DNA from: Planctomycetota bacterium
Lineage (GTDB): Bacteria > Planctomycetota > UBA8108 > SXIK01
DNA: 64,000 bases
Assembly (NCBI GenBank): GCA_965223845.1
Contig: CBDCXR010000004.1
Location: forward strand, 2,688,001-2,752,000
Direction: 5' to 3'
Shown: piece after piece, positions 29,881 to 39,462 of the stretch
Position numbering within the stretch: position 1 is the first letter of the stretch
Layout of the letters: every line of letters begins with the position of its first letter
The notes under the pieces: generated by a model
The model's database searches: none
Told to the model about the DNA's origin: nothing
What the model saw: the letters and a program-made list of their open reading frames with translations, nothing else
Made by a program: the position numbers and the translations under genes

Positions 29881-30273
29881 TCATCCTCGCTGCGCTTCCG
29901 GCAGCACGTCCTTCAACACTTCGGACAGAATCTCGACGCGGAACGGCTTCTGCATGACCTCGTGCGCCCCGCGCTGCCTGGCCTCGTCGGCCTGGACCTT
30001 GCGCGAGTCACCGGTCAGCATGACGACCGGAAAGGATCGGTCCGGACAACGTTCCGACAGTTCGGTCAGGAACGAGAGTCCATCCATCTCGGGCATGCAT
30101 ACGTCGCAAAAGGCGAGGTCGAGTCGGTAGTTCTCCGACTCGAGAACCTCGAACGCCTCCTTGCCGTTTCCGGCGTGGAGGAACTCGCAGTCGTCGTAGC
30201 CGGCATGACCGATCGCGGACTGCAACATCCGCCTCGTCACCCGCGAGTCGTCAATCAGCAAGATCTTCGGCAT
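29881..30273 (-). CDS. cheY: Single-domain response regulator, CheY-like
   Basis: ILLIDDS, FCDVCMPEMDG, MLT, QKPF. Confidence 0.85.
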   Translation of the reverse strand: MPKILLIDDSRVTRRMLQSAIGHAGYDDCEFLHAGNGKEAFEVLESENYRLDLAFCDVCMPEMDGLSFLTELSERCPDRSFPVVMLTGDSRKVQADEARQRGAHEVMQKPFRVEILSEVLKDVLPEAQRG

Positions 30274-30769
30274 CGTCCACACCTACTGTACAGTTCGCAG
30301 CTTCGCGGAGATTGAGCTCGGCGGCAAACGTCCCCACTTCAGTCTCGAACAAGGTCAGTTCACAAGGAACGTCGCGACTGCTCCAAACAACGCGGTGCGG
30401 CCCCACAACGACGTTCGGTAGAGAGATTCGTGCTTCGCGGGAGTCGTTTCCGTCCTCGATGATCGCGAGTAGGTTGCCCGCGACGATGTTGGTCAGCTCG
30501 CCGACGCAGTCGGAAATGTCCTGCTCGGTGCACTGGTCCTCACCCTGCCGCAGCATCAGGCAAGCGAGCTTCTGGGCGACCTGGATCGGCATGCTGATCA
30601 CGATGCTTCCCCGAGCGGCCCCCGTCACTCCGATGATCCCGGAAACGTCAAACGGCGCTTCGCGGTTCATCTCTGTTCGCTTCTCGACGATACGAGCGTC
30701 CAACCGGCACATCATGAGCACGGTCTGCTGAACGACGTCCGCCAATCCGTCGGAGTATCGATCACTCAT
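30251..30769 (-). CDS. cheX: Chemotaxis phosphatase CheX
   Basis: DVSGIIGVTG, VGELTNIVAGN (ExxN), ISLPNVV. Confidence 0.88.
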   Translation of the reverse strand: MSDRYSDGLADVVQQTVLMMCRLDARIVEKRTEMNREAPFDVSGIIGVTGAARGSIVISMPIQVAQKLACLMLRQGEDQCTEQDISDCVGELTNIVAGNLLAIIEDGNDSREARISLPNVVVGPHRVVWSSRDVPCELTLFETEVGTFAAELNLREAANCTVGVDDAEDLAD

Positions 30770-30923
30770 GTCTGCTTCCCAATCTCGGAACATAGGAACG
30801 CCGATCCCCGGACCATCGGTCCCGGCTGTTCAGCGAACCAAACGATAGTCACTGCGTTTTTCCTACTTCGGTCTCGGCTCCTCTTTTCGCGAGTCTTTCT
30901 CAGCACCTAGGTCTCTGGAGATC

Positions 30924-31958
30924 TCAAGTTTGCGCAGTTCGAATGCTGATTCCGGTCAGCGCTTCCGGTATCTCGTCGAGGTCGAGGACGTGCGCCGCAG
31001 CGCCGAGGTCGATCGCCCTCTGCGGCATTCCGTTAACGACGCAGCTTTCCTCGCTCTGAACGATGGTCTCTGCGCCCCGCTCTCTCATGTGGCGCAGCCC
31101 GTACGCGCCATCGGCGCCCATTCCCGTGAGCAGGATGCCGAGTGCCTCGTCGCCCGCAGATTCTGCCACCGAGTGAAAGAGAACGTCGATCGACGGCCGA
31201 AACGCGGTGTCGATCGGCTCGATCTCGGAGCGAACGCGGTAGACGCCGGTCGGACCTCGTCGGACGACGACGTGACGATCGTGCGGCGCGATGTAGATCC
31301 TCCCGTCGCGCAAGATCGCGTTGTCTTGCGCGCTCGAGACGGTTCGGCGGCAAGACGTGTCGAGACGCTTCGTGAACGGAGTCAGAAACTGTCCCGGCAT
31401 GTGCTGAACGACGAGAATCGGCGGACCGCGGCCCGGCAACTCCGCCAGGATGCGCTGGAGAGCTCGGGGACCACCCGTCGATGCCCCGATCGCGATCAAC
31501 TTCGCGTCACGAGCGAGACAGGTTCGAGGCTGCGCCGGCGTTTTCCGGTTCGCGTCGGCGAGCGGTTTGGCCGAAACCGAGCCGTGAATCAAATCGCAGA
31601 GCGTCCGCCGGAGCGCGAACACACCCTCGGGATCTCGAGGCTTACAGACGACGTCGATGCCGCCTGCCTCAAGCGCCTCCATCGCGACGCTCCCCCCTGC
31701 CTCGGTGAGCGCCGAGACCACGATGACGGGAATCGGATTGTAGCGCATGAGCTTCCGCAGGAACGTGATCCCGTCCATCCGCGGCATGCCGACATCGAGC
31801 GTGAGCACGTCGGGCCGCAGCTCGACGACCAAGTCGCGAGCGGCGAATGCGTCGTGCGCGACTCCGACGACTTCGATCTCCGGGTCCTGCGATAGGACCT
31901 TTCGGAGGAGCCCGCACATGATGGGCGAGTCGTCGACGACGAGGACTTTGACGCTCAT
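30924..31958 (-). CDS. cheB: Chemotaxis methylesterase CheB (REC plus esterase)
   Basis: VLVVDDS..TLDVGMP; catalytic motifs GASTGG, QHMP, TGMGADG. Confidence 0.95.
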   Translation of the reverse strand: MSVKVLVVDDSPIMCGLLRKVLSQDPEIEVVGVAHDAFAARDLVVELRPDVLTLDVGMPRMDGITFLRKLMRYNPIPVIVVSALTEAGGSVAMEALEAGGIDVVCKPRDPEGVFALRRTLCDLIHGSVSAKPLADANRKTPAQPRTCLARDAKLIAIGASTGGPRALQRILAELPGRGPPILVVQHMPGQFLTPFTKRLDTSCRRTVSSAQDNAILRDGRIYIAPHDRHVVVRRGPTGVYRVRSEIEPIDTAFRPSIDVLFHSVAESAGDEALGILLTGMGADGAYGLRHMRERGAETIVQSEESCVVNGMPQRAIDLGAAAHVLDLDEIPEALTGISIRTAQT

Positions 31959-32127
31959 GGACCGAATCACCGGGCGAAAGCGGACAGGGGCGGGCGGTCT
32001 CGGGCTCCTCTGCGAACGGTGGATCACCGAACGCCCGCTAGAACGAGGCTCGATGAAGGATCCGACACGATGGCGGCGCTGGCCATCGCGGCGGTGAATT
32101 CCCCCTCGCGGCGTCTCGTGACCTCGG

Positions 32128-32154
32128 CGTACGGCCTTATCTGGTGGCGATTTA
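32128..32154 (-). promoter_or_regulatory. Possible sigma-28 (FliA)-type promoter upstream of cheB
   Basis: Minus strand TAAA-N15-GCCGTACG in the ~300-bp gap before cheB; only a partial match to TAAA-N15-GCCGATAA. Confidence 0.25.
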
Positions 32155-32254
32155 CGTCGACGCCGATCCGTCTCGGCGCGGCCGTGTGTCCGCCCGAGCG
32201 GCGACGATCGAGGGACCGACTATCGGATCGTGCGCCGGGACGGGAACGCCACGT

Positions 32255-33130
32255 TCACACCTCGAGCTGAAGCAGCGCTGGATAATCGTCGACCTGACAG
32301 CCGATCGTTGCCGGTCCTTCGAGAAGCGACTGCCACTCCGAGCCCGCGAGAGTGGTGATTTCCGGACCGGTGAGCGCGAAGGACTGATCGCCGAAAGCCG
32401 CAGAAAGAAAGTGCCCGCAGGTAACGCTCACCACTTCTCCGAGCGCATCGCGTGCCAGCTTCTGCGCGGAGTCGGCTTCGGAGTCGACTCCCATCACGTT
32501 GGCCGCGAGTACATCGCAAGCAGACTCGGGTGCGGCGAGCGTCAGCCGACCTCGCCTCGCCCCCTCGAAACGCATCGTCGCTTGGCAGACCGTTCCATCG
32601 ACGGCAGCGAGGTCGTCTTTGTCGACGATATCGCAAATCACGAACGCAAGCTTCTGAATCACCGACGCGAAGAGTTGAGCGAACTCATCGCGGACGCTCT
32701 CCGGCGACTCGGACTCTCCCCAGTGCTCGTCCACGTCGACGAGACCGTGAACGACGTCCCGCACCATCTCCGGCGTGACCGGCTTCCTCAAGTACTCGCA
32801 ACGCGCGAGCGATCTCAGATCTTGGACGCGGTCAGTATTCCCCTCGCTCGTCAGGATGATGATCGGCACGTCGCGCCAGCGAGCGTCCTCGCGCATGCGA
32901 TGAGCGAGCATCGCGCCGTCCATGATCGGCATGTTGAGGTCGACGATCGCCAGATGGATTTCGTTTTCCTCGAGCCGCGCAAGCGCGTCCCGACCGTCCT
33001 CCGCCTCGACGATCTCGCCGATCGGCAGCCCGATCAGCCGAAGCGTCTTGCTCAACATCGACCGGATGATCCCGGCGTCATCCACGATCAATACGTTCAG
33101 GTCTCTCGATTCCATCGCTTCACCTGCCAT
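32255..33130 (-). CDS. Response regulator fused to a CheX/CheC-like domain
   Basis: VLIVDDA..IVDLNMPIMDG..KP, followed by GRLTLAAP..LAANVMG..DALGEVVSVTCG. Confidence 0.8.
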   Translation of the reverse strand: MAGEAMESRDLNVLIVDDAGIIRSMLSKTLRLIGLPIGEIVEAEDGRDALARLEENEIHLAIVDLNMPIMDGAMLAHRMREDARWRDVPIIILTSEGNTDRVQDLRSLARCEYLRKPVTPEMVRDVVHGLVDVDEHWGESESPESVRDEFAQLFASVIQKLAFVICDIVDKDDLAAVDGTVCQATMRFEGARRGRLTLAAPESACDVLAANVMGVDSEADSAQKLARDALGEVVSVTCGHFLSAAFGDQSFALTGPEITTLAGSEWQSLLEGPATIGCQVDDYPALLQLEV

Positions 33131-33134
33131 CGCA

Positions 33135-33644
33135 TCAAATGACCTTGCTGATTCCGTTCGTTCGCACAATCGTTCTTCCATCCGAGACGCGGATCTTCAT
33201 CGTTCGAGCGCTGCTACCGCCGGTATCCTCACCGGCGAGGAGAATGTTGTTGCGCCACAAGACTCGTCGAAGCACGGCGCAGTTTCGTTCACCGATATTG
33301 AACGGGCATTCGTCGCTGTTCATGCTCGCTCCGCCCGCGACGCGGGCGACGATGTTCTCGCGCTCGACCCCGCAGTCGAACATCGTCTGGAGCAGGCGCA
33401 TGACGCCGAGGTCCGTGAACACACACTCCTCGGCGACAGCGCGCTGCGGATCGAGGGACGACACCGGAAGCATGCAATGGACGAGGCCGGCAATCGCCTG
33501 AACCGGATCGTAGAGCGCGAGCCCGACGCACGAGCCGAGCGAGTACGTCACGAGGGCGTCGTCCCGCGCCGAGCTCGTTCGAAGCTCTCCCAGGGGAACC
33601 ACCGTCCCGCCGGACTGCGTGAGCAGAGATCCAGACACGGTCAC
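33135..33644 (-). CDS. cheD: Chemoreceptor glutamine deamidase CheD
   Basis: TYSLGSCVGLALYD, HCMLP, VAGGA, IGERN, EDTGG..RT. Confidence 0.92.
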   Translation of the reverse strand: MTVSGSLLTQSGGTVVPLGELRTSSARDDALVTYSLGSCVGLALYDPVQAIAGLVHCMLPVSSLDPQRAVAEECVFTDLGVMRLLQTMFDCGVERENIVARVAGGASMNSDECPFNIGERNCAVLRRVLWRNNILLAGEDTGGSSARTMKIRVSDGRTIVRTNGISKVI

Positions 33645-33645
33645 C

Positions 33646-35088
33646 TCACAGGCTGAGGAGCTCTTCCTCCGTAAGCGGGATCACTTGCTCCGGAGAGCGA
33701 GCCGCGGAACGAGCGGCTTTGGTTTCGGCTCCGGATCGCGACTCTCCGACCGCGCGATCGGCCGGCGGGCCCGAGTGCGAGGAGCTCGGCGCCTCGGGAG
33801 TTGAGCCCTCCCCCGCTTCGATGCCGAGGAAATCCGTGAGGCAGCGTATGTGCTCCCCCATCTCACGAACCTGGTCGAAGACGCACTCGGCGATCGAATT
33901 CGCTTGCTGCGACGCCGCGGCGTTCTCCTGGGTCGACTGATCGATCCGCGAAACAGCCTCCGTCACCTGCGTGATTCCCTGCGCCTGCTCCACGCTGGCG
34001 CTCGACACGTGCTGAATCAGCCGCGTCACGTCGAGAGTGCGCTCTTCGATCCGGCCCAGCACCTCGGCCAACTCTTTGCACGCCGCGGCGCCATCGCCCG
34101 CGCTCTGCTTCGACGTTCCGATGAGAGTCGACGTTGTCCTCGCAGCATCGGTACTACGTTTGGCCAAGTTCCTCACCTCCTCGGCCACGACGGCGAAGCC
34201 CTTTCCCGCCTCCCCCGCACGCGCGGCTTCCACGGCGGCATTGAGGGCGAGAAGATTCGTCTGGAACGCGATCCCGTCGATGCTCTGTACGATGTCCCAG
34301 GTTCGGTTGGACGATTCGACGATGTTGGCGATCGTGTCGCTCATCCGAGTCATCGCATCTCGGCTAGCGGCGACCTCGCTCCTCGCGGCGTCCGCCGTTT
34401 GGTTCGCCTCCTTGGCGTTAGCTGCGTTCTGCTGCGTGACCGAAGCCATCTGCTGCAAAGCGGCCGAAGTCTGCTCGAGGTTTCCCGCCTGCTCAACGGC
34501 TCCGCGAGCGATCGAGTGGCTCGTGTGCGCAATCTGCGAAGCGGACTCGTAGACGACGCGCGATGTGGTGGCGAGACCACTGATCGTCTCCTCGAGCTCG
34601 CCTTCCGCCCCCAAGCCGAATCGCCGAAGCACGAAGGCCGTCACCCCGCAAGCCCCTCCGGTCGCAAGCACGAGAAAGAGAAAGCGTGTCCACACCGAGC
34701 CCGTCTCTCGAGCTTGTACGAGGACTCGTCCGAGCGTTCGCCCATCCGCGTCGGTGATCGGAGCCGCGGCACCTCCCTCCGCCGTCGAGTCCCACGTTCC
34801 GAACGTGGCCACGGGGCTCCCCGCTGACTCCACGCGAACGGAAATCTCGCTCCGCCCATTCAGCACGGCACTCAAGTAGCTCTCCGCGGCGTCTTTGCCG
34901 TCGCCGAAAATCGGAGCGAGAGTGCCGGCGAGCCCGTCGGCCGCGACTCCGAGGGCCGCATGCGCCGCTTTTGAATCGCGCCCAGAAAATGCGGGCGCGA
35001 GCAGCAGCGCGAGGAAACAGCTTCCTCCGACACAAACGAGAGCGGTGCGACTCACGCGACGTCGCAGGCTGTTTGGATTGATGACCAT
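33646..35088 (-). CDS. Methyl-accepting chemotaxis protein
   Basis: Two TM helices around a short periplasmic domain; hairpin-tip [40 protein letters not shown] at 35088 after GAGGT. Confidence 0.93.
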   Translation of the reverse strand: MVINPNSLRRRVSRTALVCVGGSCFLALLLAPAFSGRDSKAAHAALGVAADGLAGTLAPIFGDGKDAAESYLSAVLNGRSEISVRVESAGSPVATFGTWDSTAEGGAAAPITDADGRTLGRVLVQARETGSVWTRFLFLVLATGGACGVTAFVLRRFGLGAEGELEETISGLATTSRVVYESASQIAHTSHSIARGAVEQAGNLEQTSAALQQMASVTQQNAANAKEANQTADAARSEVAASRDAMTRMSDTIANIVESSNRTWDIVQSIDGIAFQTNLLALNAAVEAARAGEAGKGFAVVAEEVRNLAKRSTDAARTTSTLIGTSKQSAGDGAAACKELAEVLGRIEERTLDVTRLIQHVSSASVEQAQGITQVTEAVSRIDQSTQENAAASQQANSIAECVFDQVREMGEHIRCLTDFLGIEAGEGSTPEAPSSSHSGPPADRAVGESRSGAETKAARSAARSPEQVIPLTEEELLSL

Positions 35089-35098
35089 GCCGACCTCG

Positions 35099-35686
35099 CT
35101 ATTCGTGCGCCGATTCAAGGCTCGGGGAGTTGGCCGGGAGAAACTCCGTCGCGTCATCATTGTTGCCGCTAGCGTCGTCCCACACGGCGTCGACGATCGA
35201 CGAGTGCTGTGCCGCCGAAAGCAGTCGATCGAGATCGAGGAGTGTGAGCACCCACTCGTCGCTCTTCGCCATCCCCTGAATGAAGCCGCAGTCGTCATTC
35301 TCGGCGAGGAGGCGCGGCTTTTCGATGTCCTCCGGCGAGACGTCGATGACTTCACTGACCTCGTCGACGAGCAGACCGACTCGCCCGGAGTCGGACTCGC
35401 CCGAGAGCTGAACGACGATGATGCAGTTGCGTCCTTTTTCCTCGCGCGGACCGAGCTCGAACAGGATCCCGAGATCCACGACGGGGATGATCTTTCCTCG
35501 GAGATTGATCACGCCCCGAACACACGGTGGCGTGCGCGGAACTTCGGTGATGCTCACGCAGCCGATGATCTCCTGCACCCGCAGGATCTCGAGACCGTAG
35601 TGCTCGGCTCCGAGCGCGAACGAAAGGTATCGGTCGTAGCGGCGATCGGCGTGGACCTTGCTCGCCATGCGCTTCTCCTCTGTCAT
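35099..35686 (-). CDS. cheW: Chemotaxis coupling protein CheW
   Basis: [40 protein letters not shown]. Confidence 0.95.
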   Translation of the reverse strand: MTEEKRMASKVHADRRYDRYLSFALGAEHYGLEILRVQEIIGCVSITEVPRTPPCVRGVINLRGKIIPVVDLGILFELGPREEKGRNCIIVVQLSGESDSGRVGLLVDEVSEVIDVSPEDIEKPRLLAENDDCGFIQGMAKSDEWVLTLLDLDRLLSAAQHSSIVDAVWDDASGNNDDATEFLPANSPSLESAHE

Positions 35687-37731
35687 TCGATCCCGCCGTC
35701 TTCGCGGTGCTGCAAAACTCGATGGAGTTGGATCACCCCGGGAACGTCAAGTATGAGACCGACGCGGCCGTCCGGCATGACCGCCCCCCCGGAGACCCCC
35801 GGAACGGCTTGCATTCCCTCGCCCAAGGTCTTCACGACAATCTGTTGCTGTCCGGTTAGATCGTCGGCCAGCAGACCGATCACAGCGCCCTCGGATTCCG
35901 AAATGATGACCGTACCCGCGTCCTCGCGTGCGCCCCCTCCGGAGCATTCGTCCCCGGCGGAGATTCCGAGCACCTCTCGCAAGCGAATCAACGGGATCAG
36001 CTCATCTTGGACCCGGAGAAGCTCGGCTTGATTCGCAACGGTGCTGATGTCTTCGGGCCGAAAGGGCACGGCTCTTCGCATCGACAAGGTCGGAATGATA
36101 TAGTCGTATTTACCTACTCGGATGATCATGCCCTCGATCATCGCGACCGTGAGAGGCAAACGGAGCAGGACCGTGGTCCCGCGTCCGACTTCCGAACGGA
36201 TCGTGACTCGGCCGCGCAGCTGATCGACGGTCTCGCGGACGACGTCCATACCGACGCCACGGCCCGATATGCTGGTCACTTCGGCGGCGGTCGAGAATCC
36301 CGGACGGAACACGAGAGCGAGCGCCTCCTCGCGTGTGAGCGATTCGTCGGAGCCAATAAGCCCGCGCTCGACCGCTTTCCGATGCACGGCGTCGGCATCG
36401 ATGCCTCGACCGTCATCGCGGATTTCGACGAAGATGTTCCCGCCGCGCTGGAACGCGCGAAACGAGATTCGAGCGATGCGACTCTTGCCCGCCGCCTCTC
36501 GCTCGCTCGCCGCTTCAAGTCCGTGATCGATGGCGTTGCGAACGATGTGGACCAGAGCATCCTGAATCTGATCGACGATACTGCGGTCGAGCTCGATCTC
36601 TCCGCCCTCGTGTTCGAACGAGATAGGCTTCCCGAAACGCTTCGAGAGGTCTCGAACCAAGCGGCGGATCTTTCGCATCGTCGCGAGGAGCGGCACCATC
36701 CGGAGCGACATGCCGACTTCCTGCACCTGACGGGTGATCTTTCGGACCGCCATCATCTTCTCTGCCGCGAGATCGTCGTGGTCGCCGTCCGCGACGGAAA
36801 CCGCGACGACGAGCTCGCCGATCGAGTCGAGAAGAGAGTCGAGTCGCCGGGCGTCCACCTTGACCGAGTGGTCGTCCGAGCGGTACGACTCGCGAACGGC
36901 AGCCGTAGCGGCATCCAGCGACTCTAGGTCACCGGCCGACCGGTCGCGTACGCGCGCTTCCGCGGCCACGCGGCTCACGCGCCCCATCAGTTCGGCGAGG
37001 TCGTTAGATGAGACGACACGCCCGCCGGTGGCGCCGGCCTCGGTCGTGAGGGACTTCAATCGGTCGCACACCTCGAAGAGAACGTCGACCACCGCGTCGT
37101 CGCAGCGCGCCTTGCCATCGCGAAGATCCTGGAGCAGATTCTCGGTGTGATGCGTGAGCTGCGAGATGGAGTCGAGCCCGAGAAACGCGGCGACCCCTTT
37201 GATGGTGTGGATCGAGCGAAAGAGGCCGTTCAGGCTCTCCTGGTCGTTCGGCGACTCCTCGAGGTTGAGGAGGCAGGAGGCGGCGAGATCGAGATGCTCG
37301 GACGCTTCGGAGACGAACTCATCGAGGAACTCGGCGTTGCCGTGGAGAAAGGAGTCTCCGGCCCCGTCGCCACCGCGCCGGTCCTCGAGTTGACGGGAGA
37401 CCTCGTCGGCGACCCGAGCGACGGCCGTCTCGTCGACAGTGCCGGTCGCGAGTCCGCGCAGGATCTCGAGCGCTTCGCGCTGCGCCCATCCGGCGGTGAC
37501 CCCGTCGCTCAGTTCGTCGTCGAGCTCGTGCACTCGGGACACCGCGCCGACGAGGCTCACCACCGCGTCGCGATCCGATCGCTCGGGCCAGGCGTCTGCG
37601 AGCCGGCACATCTCTTCGAGCACGTACGTACGCGTCGATGCCCGTTCGAGACTCCGTCCGGTCGTACTGTCGCACAACTTGACGAGAGCGTCGCAAATGG
37701 TCTCGTAGGTGAGGGAAGCCGTTTCGTCCAT
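35683..37731 (-). CDS. cheA: Chemotaxis histidine kinase CheA
   Basis: LFRSIHTIKG (Hpt), HIVRNAIDHG (N box), DDGRGID, PGFSTA, SGRGVGMDVV, C-terminal CheW domain. Confidence 0.95.
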   Translation of the reverse strand: MDETASLTYETICDALVKLCDSTTGRSLERASTRTYVLEEMCRLADAWPERSDRDAVVSLVGAVSRVHELDDELSDGVTAGWAQREALEILRGLATGTVDETAVARVADEVSRQLEDRRGGDGAGDSFLHGNAEFLDEFVSEASEHLDLAASCLLNLEESPNDQESLNGLFRSIHTIKGVAAFLGLDSISQLTHHTENLLQDLRDGKARCDDAVVDVLFEVCDRLKSLTTEAGATGGRVVSSNDLAELMGRVSRVAAEARVRDRSAGDLESLDAATAAVRESYRSDDHSVKVDARRLDSLLDSIGELVVAVSVADGDHDDLAAEKMMAVRKITRQVQEVGMSLRMVPLLATMRKIRRLVRDLSKRFGKPISFEHEGGEIELDRSIVDQIQDALVHIVRNAIDHGLEAASEREAAGKSRIARISFRAFQRGGNIFVEIRDDGRGIDADAVHRKAVERGLIGSDESLTREEALALVFRPGFSTAAEVTSISGRGVGMDVVRETVDQLRGRVTIRSEVGRGTTVLLRLPLTVAMIEGMIIRVGKYDYIIPTLSMRRAVPFRPEDISTVANQAELLRVQDELIPLIRLREVLGISAGDECSGGGAREDAGTVIISESEGAVIGLLADDLTGQQQIVVKTLGEGMQAVPGVSGGAVMPDGRVGLILDVPGVIQLHRVLQHREDGGIE

Positions 37732-38047
37732 GCGCGACGTAGGACCGGTGCGGCGAGCGCCCACAACAGAGGGTTCGTCCCCACGCGGTGACGCATCGCC
37801 CTCGGCGAGTACACTCGGTTACAGATCGAGCTTCGGGAAATCGAGAGACGCTGCGCGTCCACTTGAACCCGGTCGTCTCGCCAGCTCCCACGCCGCCCTC
37901 GAGGCCGAAGCGCGCACTGACGAGTCCGAGAGGGGAACGGGACTCGTCACGGTCTCGTTCCTGACTTCGGCGCGTATCGCGACCGAACTGGTGACGGGCA
38001 GAACTTATCAGTCCGCGGGCGAGGCCGGCGGTCTCACTGAAGGCCCG

Positions 38048-38899
38048 TTATCGCCCGCTCGGACCGTCGTACTCGGGCCCGCGGAAGTGCTTGCTCGCGT
38101 CGCGAAGAAAGGTGAGCTCGTCGCCACTCAAGCTGTCGTAGCCGTGGGCGCTGATCTTATCGAGGAGGTGGTCGACCTGCCGACGGATCTCGCGCACGTT
38201 TCGCCGGTGCATCTCTTCCGAGCGCTCGCGGCGCAAGAGAAGCCACTGTTCGTAGCGGGGAAGCGCCCACGTGAACCCCAGCGCGAGTGGGACGCCGGCC
38301 AGCTGCGGAAGGAGGATCGGGCGCAGCTCGACTCCAGCGGCGCTGATCGGAGTCTCGATCAAATAGAGGCCCGCGCCGCCGAGAAAAATGGCCGACCAGA
38401 CGAGATACCGAACCCGCGGCAAGCTTCCCCACCGAACGTCCGGAAACAAAACGCCGGTCGCGACGAGCGAGCCGAGAGCGAGACTCGACGAACCACACGA
38501 ATACCCCCCGCCGAACCAGCCGCCGCTCGCGAGGGTCGCGACGGTCCCGCCCCACGAACAGACGAAATAGAACACGAGGAAACGCGGCGTGCCCCACCTC
38601 GACTCGAGCAGGCGCCCGAGACAGACGACGACGAGGAGATTGACGATGAGCTGGAGTCCGCTCGTGTGGTAGAGGTGCGAAGCGAGCACGCTCTCGAAGC
38701 TCGGCCCCGAGACGCCCTCCTCGGCCGCCTCCACGCTCGGGACGAGCATGACGATCTTCCAGTCGCCGACCTCGGCGACCTGACCGCCACGCCCCTGGAG
38801 CCAGAGAATCAGCGAGACGACAAAGAACACCATGACGAGCGGCGCGCGTGCGAGCCGAGCGGCAGAGCGGCTGCCCGAGCTGTTCTCTGAATGCGTCAC
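38048..38899 (-). CDS. Rhomboid-family membrane protein with a DUF6576-like C-tail; probably catalytically inactive
   Basis: GRLLESRWGTPRFLVFY rhomboid segment, GSS motif, and tail VDHLLDKISAHGYDSLSGDE. The expected His positions read Gln. Confidence 0.78.
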   Translation of the reverse strand: MTHSENSSGSRSAARLARAPLVMVFFVVSLILWLQGRGGQVAEVGDWKIVMLVPSVEAAEEGVSGPSFESVLASHLYHTSGLQLIVNLLVVVCLGRLLESRWGTPRFLVFYFVCSWGGTVATLASGGWFGGGYSCGSSSLALGSLVATGVLFPDVRWGSLPRVRYLVWSAIFLGGAGLYLIETPISAAGVELRPILLPQLAGVPLALGFTWALPRYEQWLLLRRERSEEMHRRNVREIRRQVDHLLDKISAHGYDSLSGDELTFLRDASKHFRGPEYDGPSGR

Positions 38900-39199
38900 A
38901 GCGGATTCGGCCTCCGCGCCGACTCCCTACGAACCGGTTCGTCCCTCGACACGATTGTAGCACTCGCGCCGGCGCTCGGGACGCGCCAAGATCTCACGGC
39001 CCGCACCAGCGTCGCGGAGGCGAGCGGCCGGCACGGCGTCGGATCGCGAGGAAGCGGGGACGAGAGCAGCCCGCTCGCGCCGAGAGACGCCGCGCGGCAT
39101 CCCTTCGGCGTCCGATCGCACCGCCTGCGGCGGACGATCGAGACCCACACGGAACGCGAACCATTCCGAGTCGGGCGATTCTCCCGAACGGCTCGGGCT

Positions 39200-39397
39200 C
39201 GAGAAACCCCCGGCCCGGAACAGCGAGCCAAAGGCGAGCCTCATAGGCATGAACGAAAGCCCCGACGCCTCGCGAGGAATCCTCGGCCCCGAGCAGCGAG
39301 CCAAAGGCGAGCCTCATAGGCGTGAACGAAAGCCCCGACGCTCGCGAGAAACCCCCGGCCCGGAGCAGCGAGCCAAAGGCGAGCCTCATCGGGGTGA
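39200..39397. repeat. Intergenic tandem repeat of about 72-73 bp (two full copies and one partial)
   Basis: Core CAGCGAGCCAAAGGCGAGCCTCAT at 39221, 39294 and 39366; the intervening sequence is also near-identical. Confidence 0.92.
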
Positions 39398-39398
39398 A

Positions 39399-39447
39399 TT
39401 CGTTCCGGCGAAGCCGGAACGAAGAGGGGGCTTTGCGAAAGCCCCCT
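39399..39447. repeat. Two adjacent perfect hairpins (REP-like or terminator-like) downstream of rpsI
   Basis: TTCGTTCCGGC-GAA-GCCGGAACGAA (39399-39423) and AGGGGGCTTT-GCG-AAAGCCCCCT (39425-39447), followed by an A6 run. Confidence 0.75.
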
Positions 39448-39462
39448 AAAAAACCCGCCGCT

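Noticed and set aside
26890-37731. Chemosensory cluster as a horizontally acquired island (looks slightly less GC-rich by eye)
   Set aside because: Not quantified; no integrase, tRNA or flanking direct repeats were seen.
37918-37949. 10-bp inverted repeat TGACGAGTCC-N12-GGACTCGTCA upstream of cheA
   Set aside because: Single occurrence, no U-tract and no recognisable operator; could arise by chance in GC-rich DNA.
39200-39397. Possible CRISPR array (24-bp core at about 72-bp period)
   Set aside because: The would-be spacers are near-identical to each other, there are only three cores, and no cas genes are present.
39425-39453. Classical intrinsic terminator for rpsI
   Set aside because: The U-tract lies 5' of the hairpin on the rpsI strand; reported as a hairpin/REP-like element instead.
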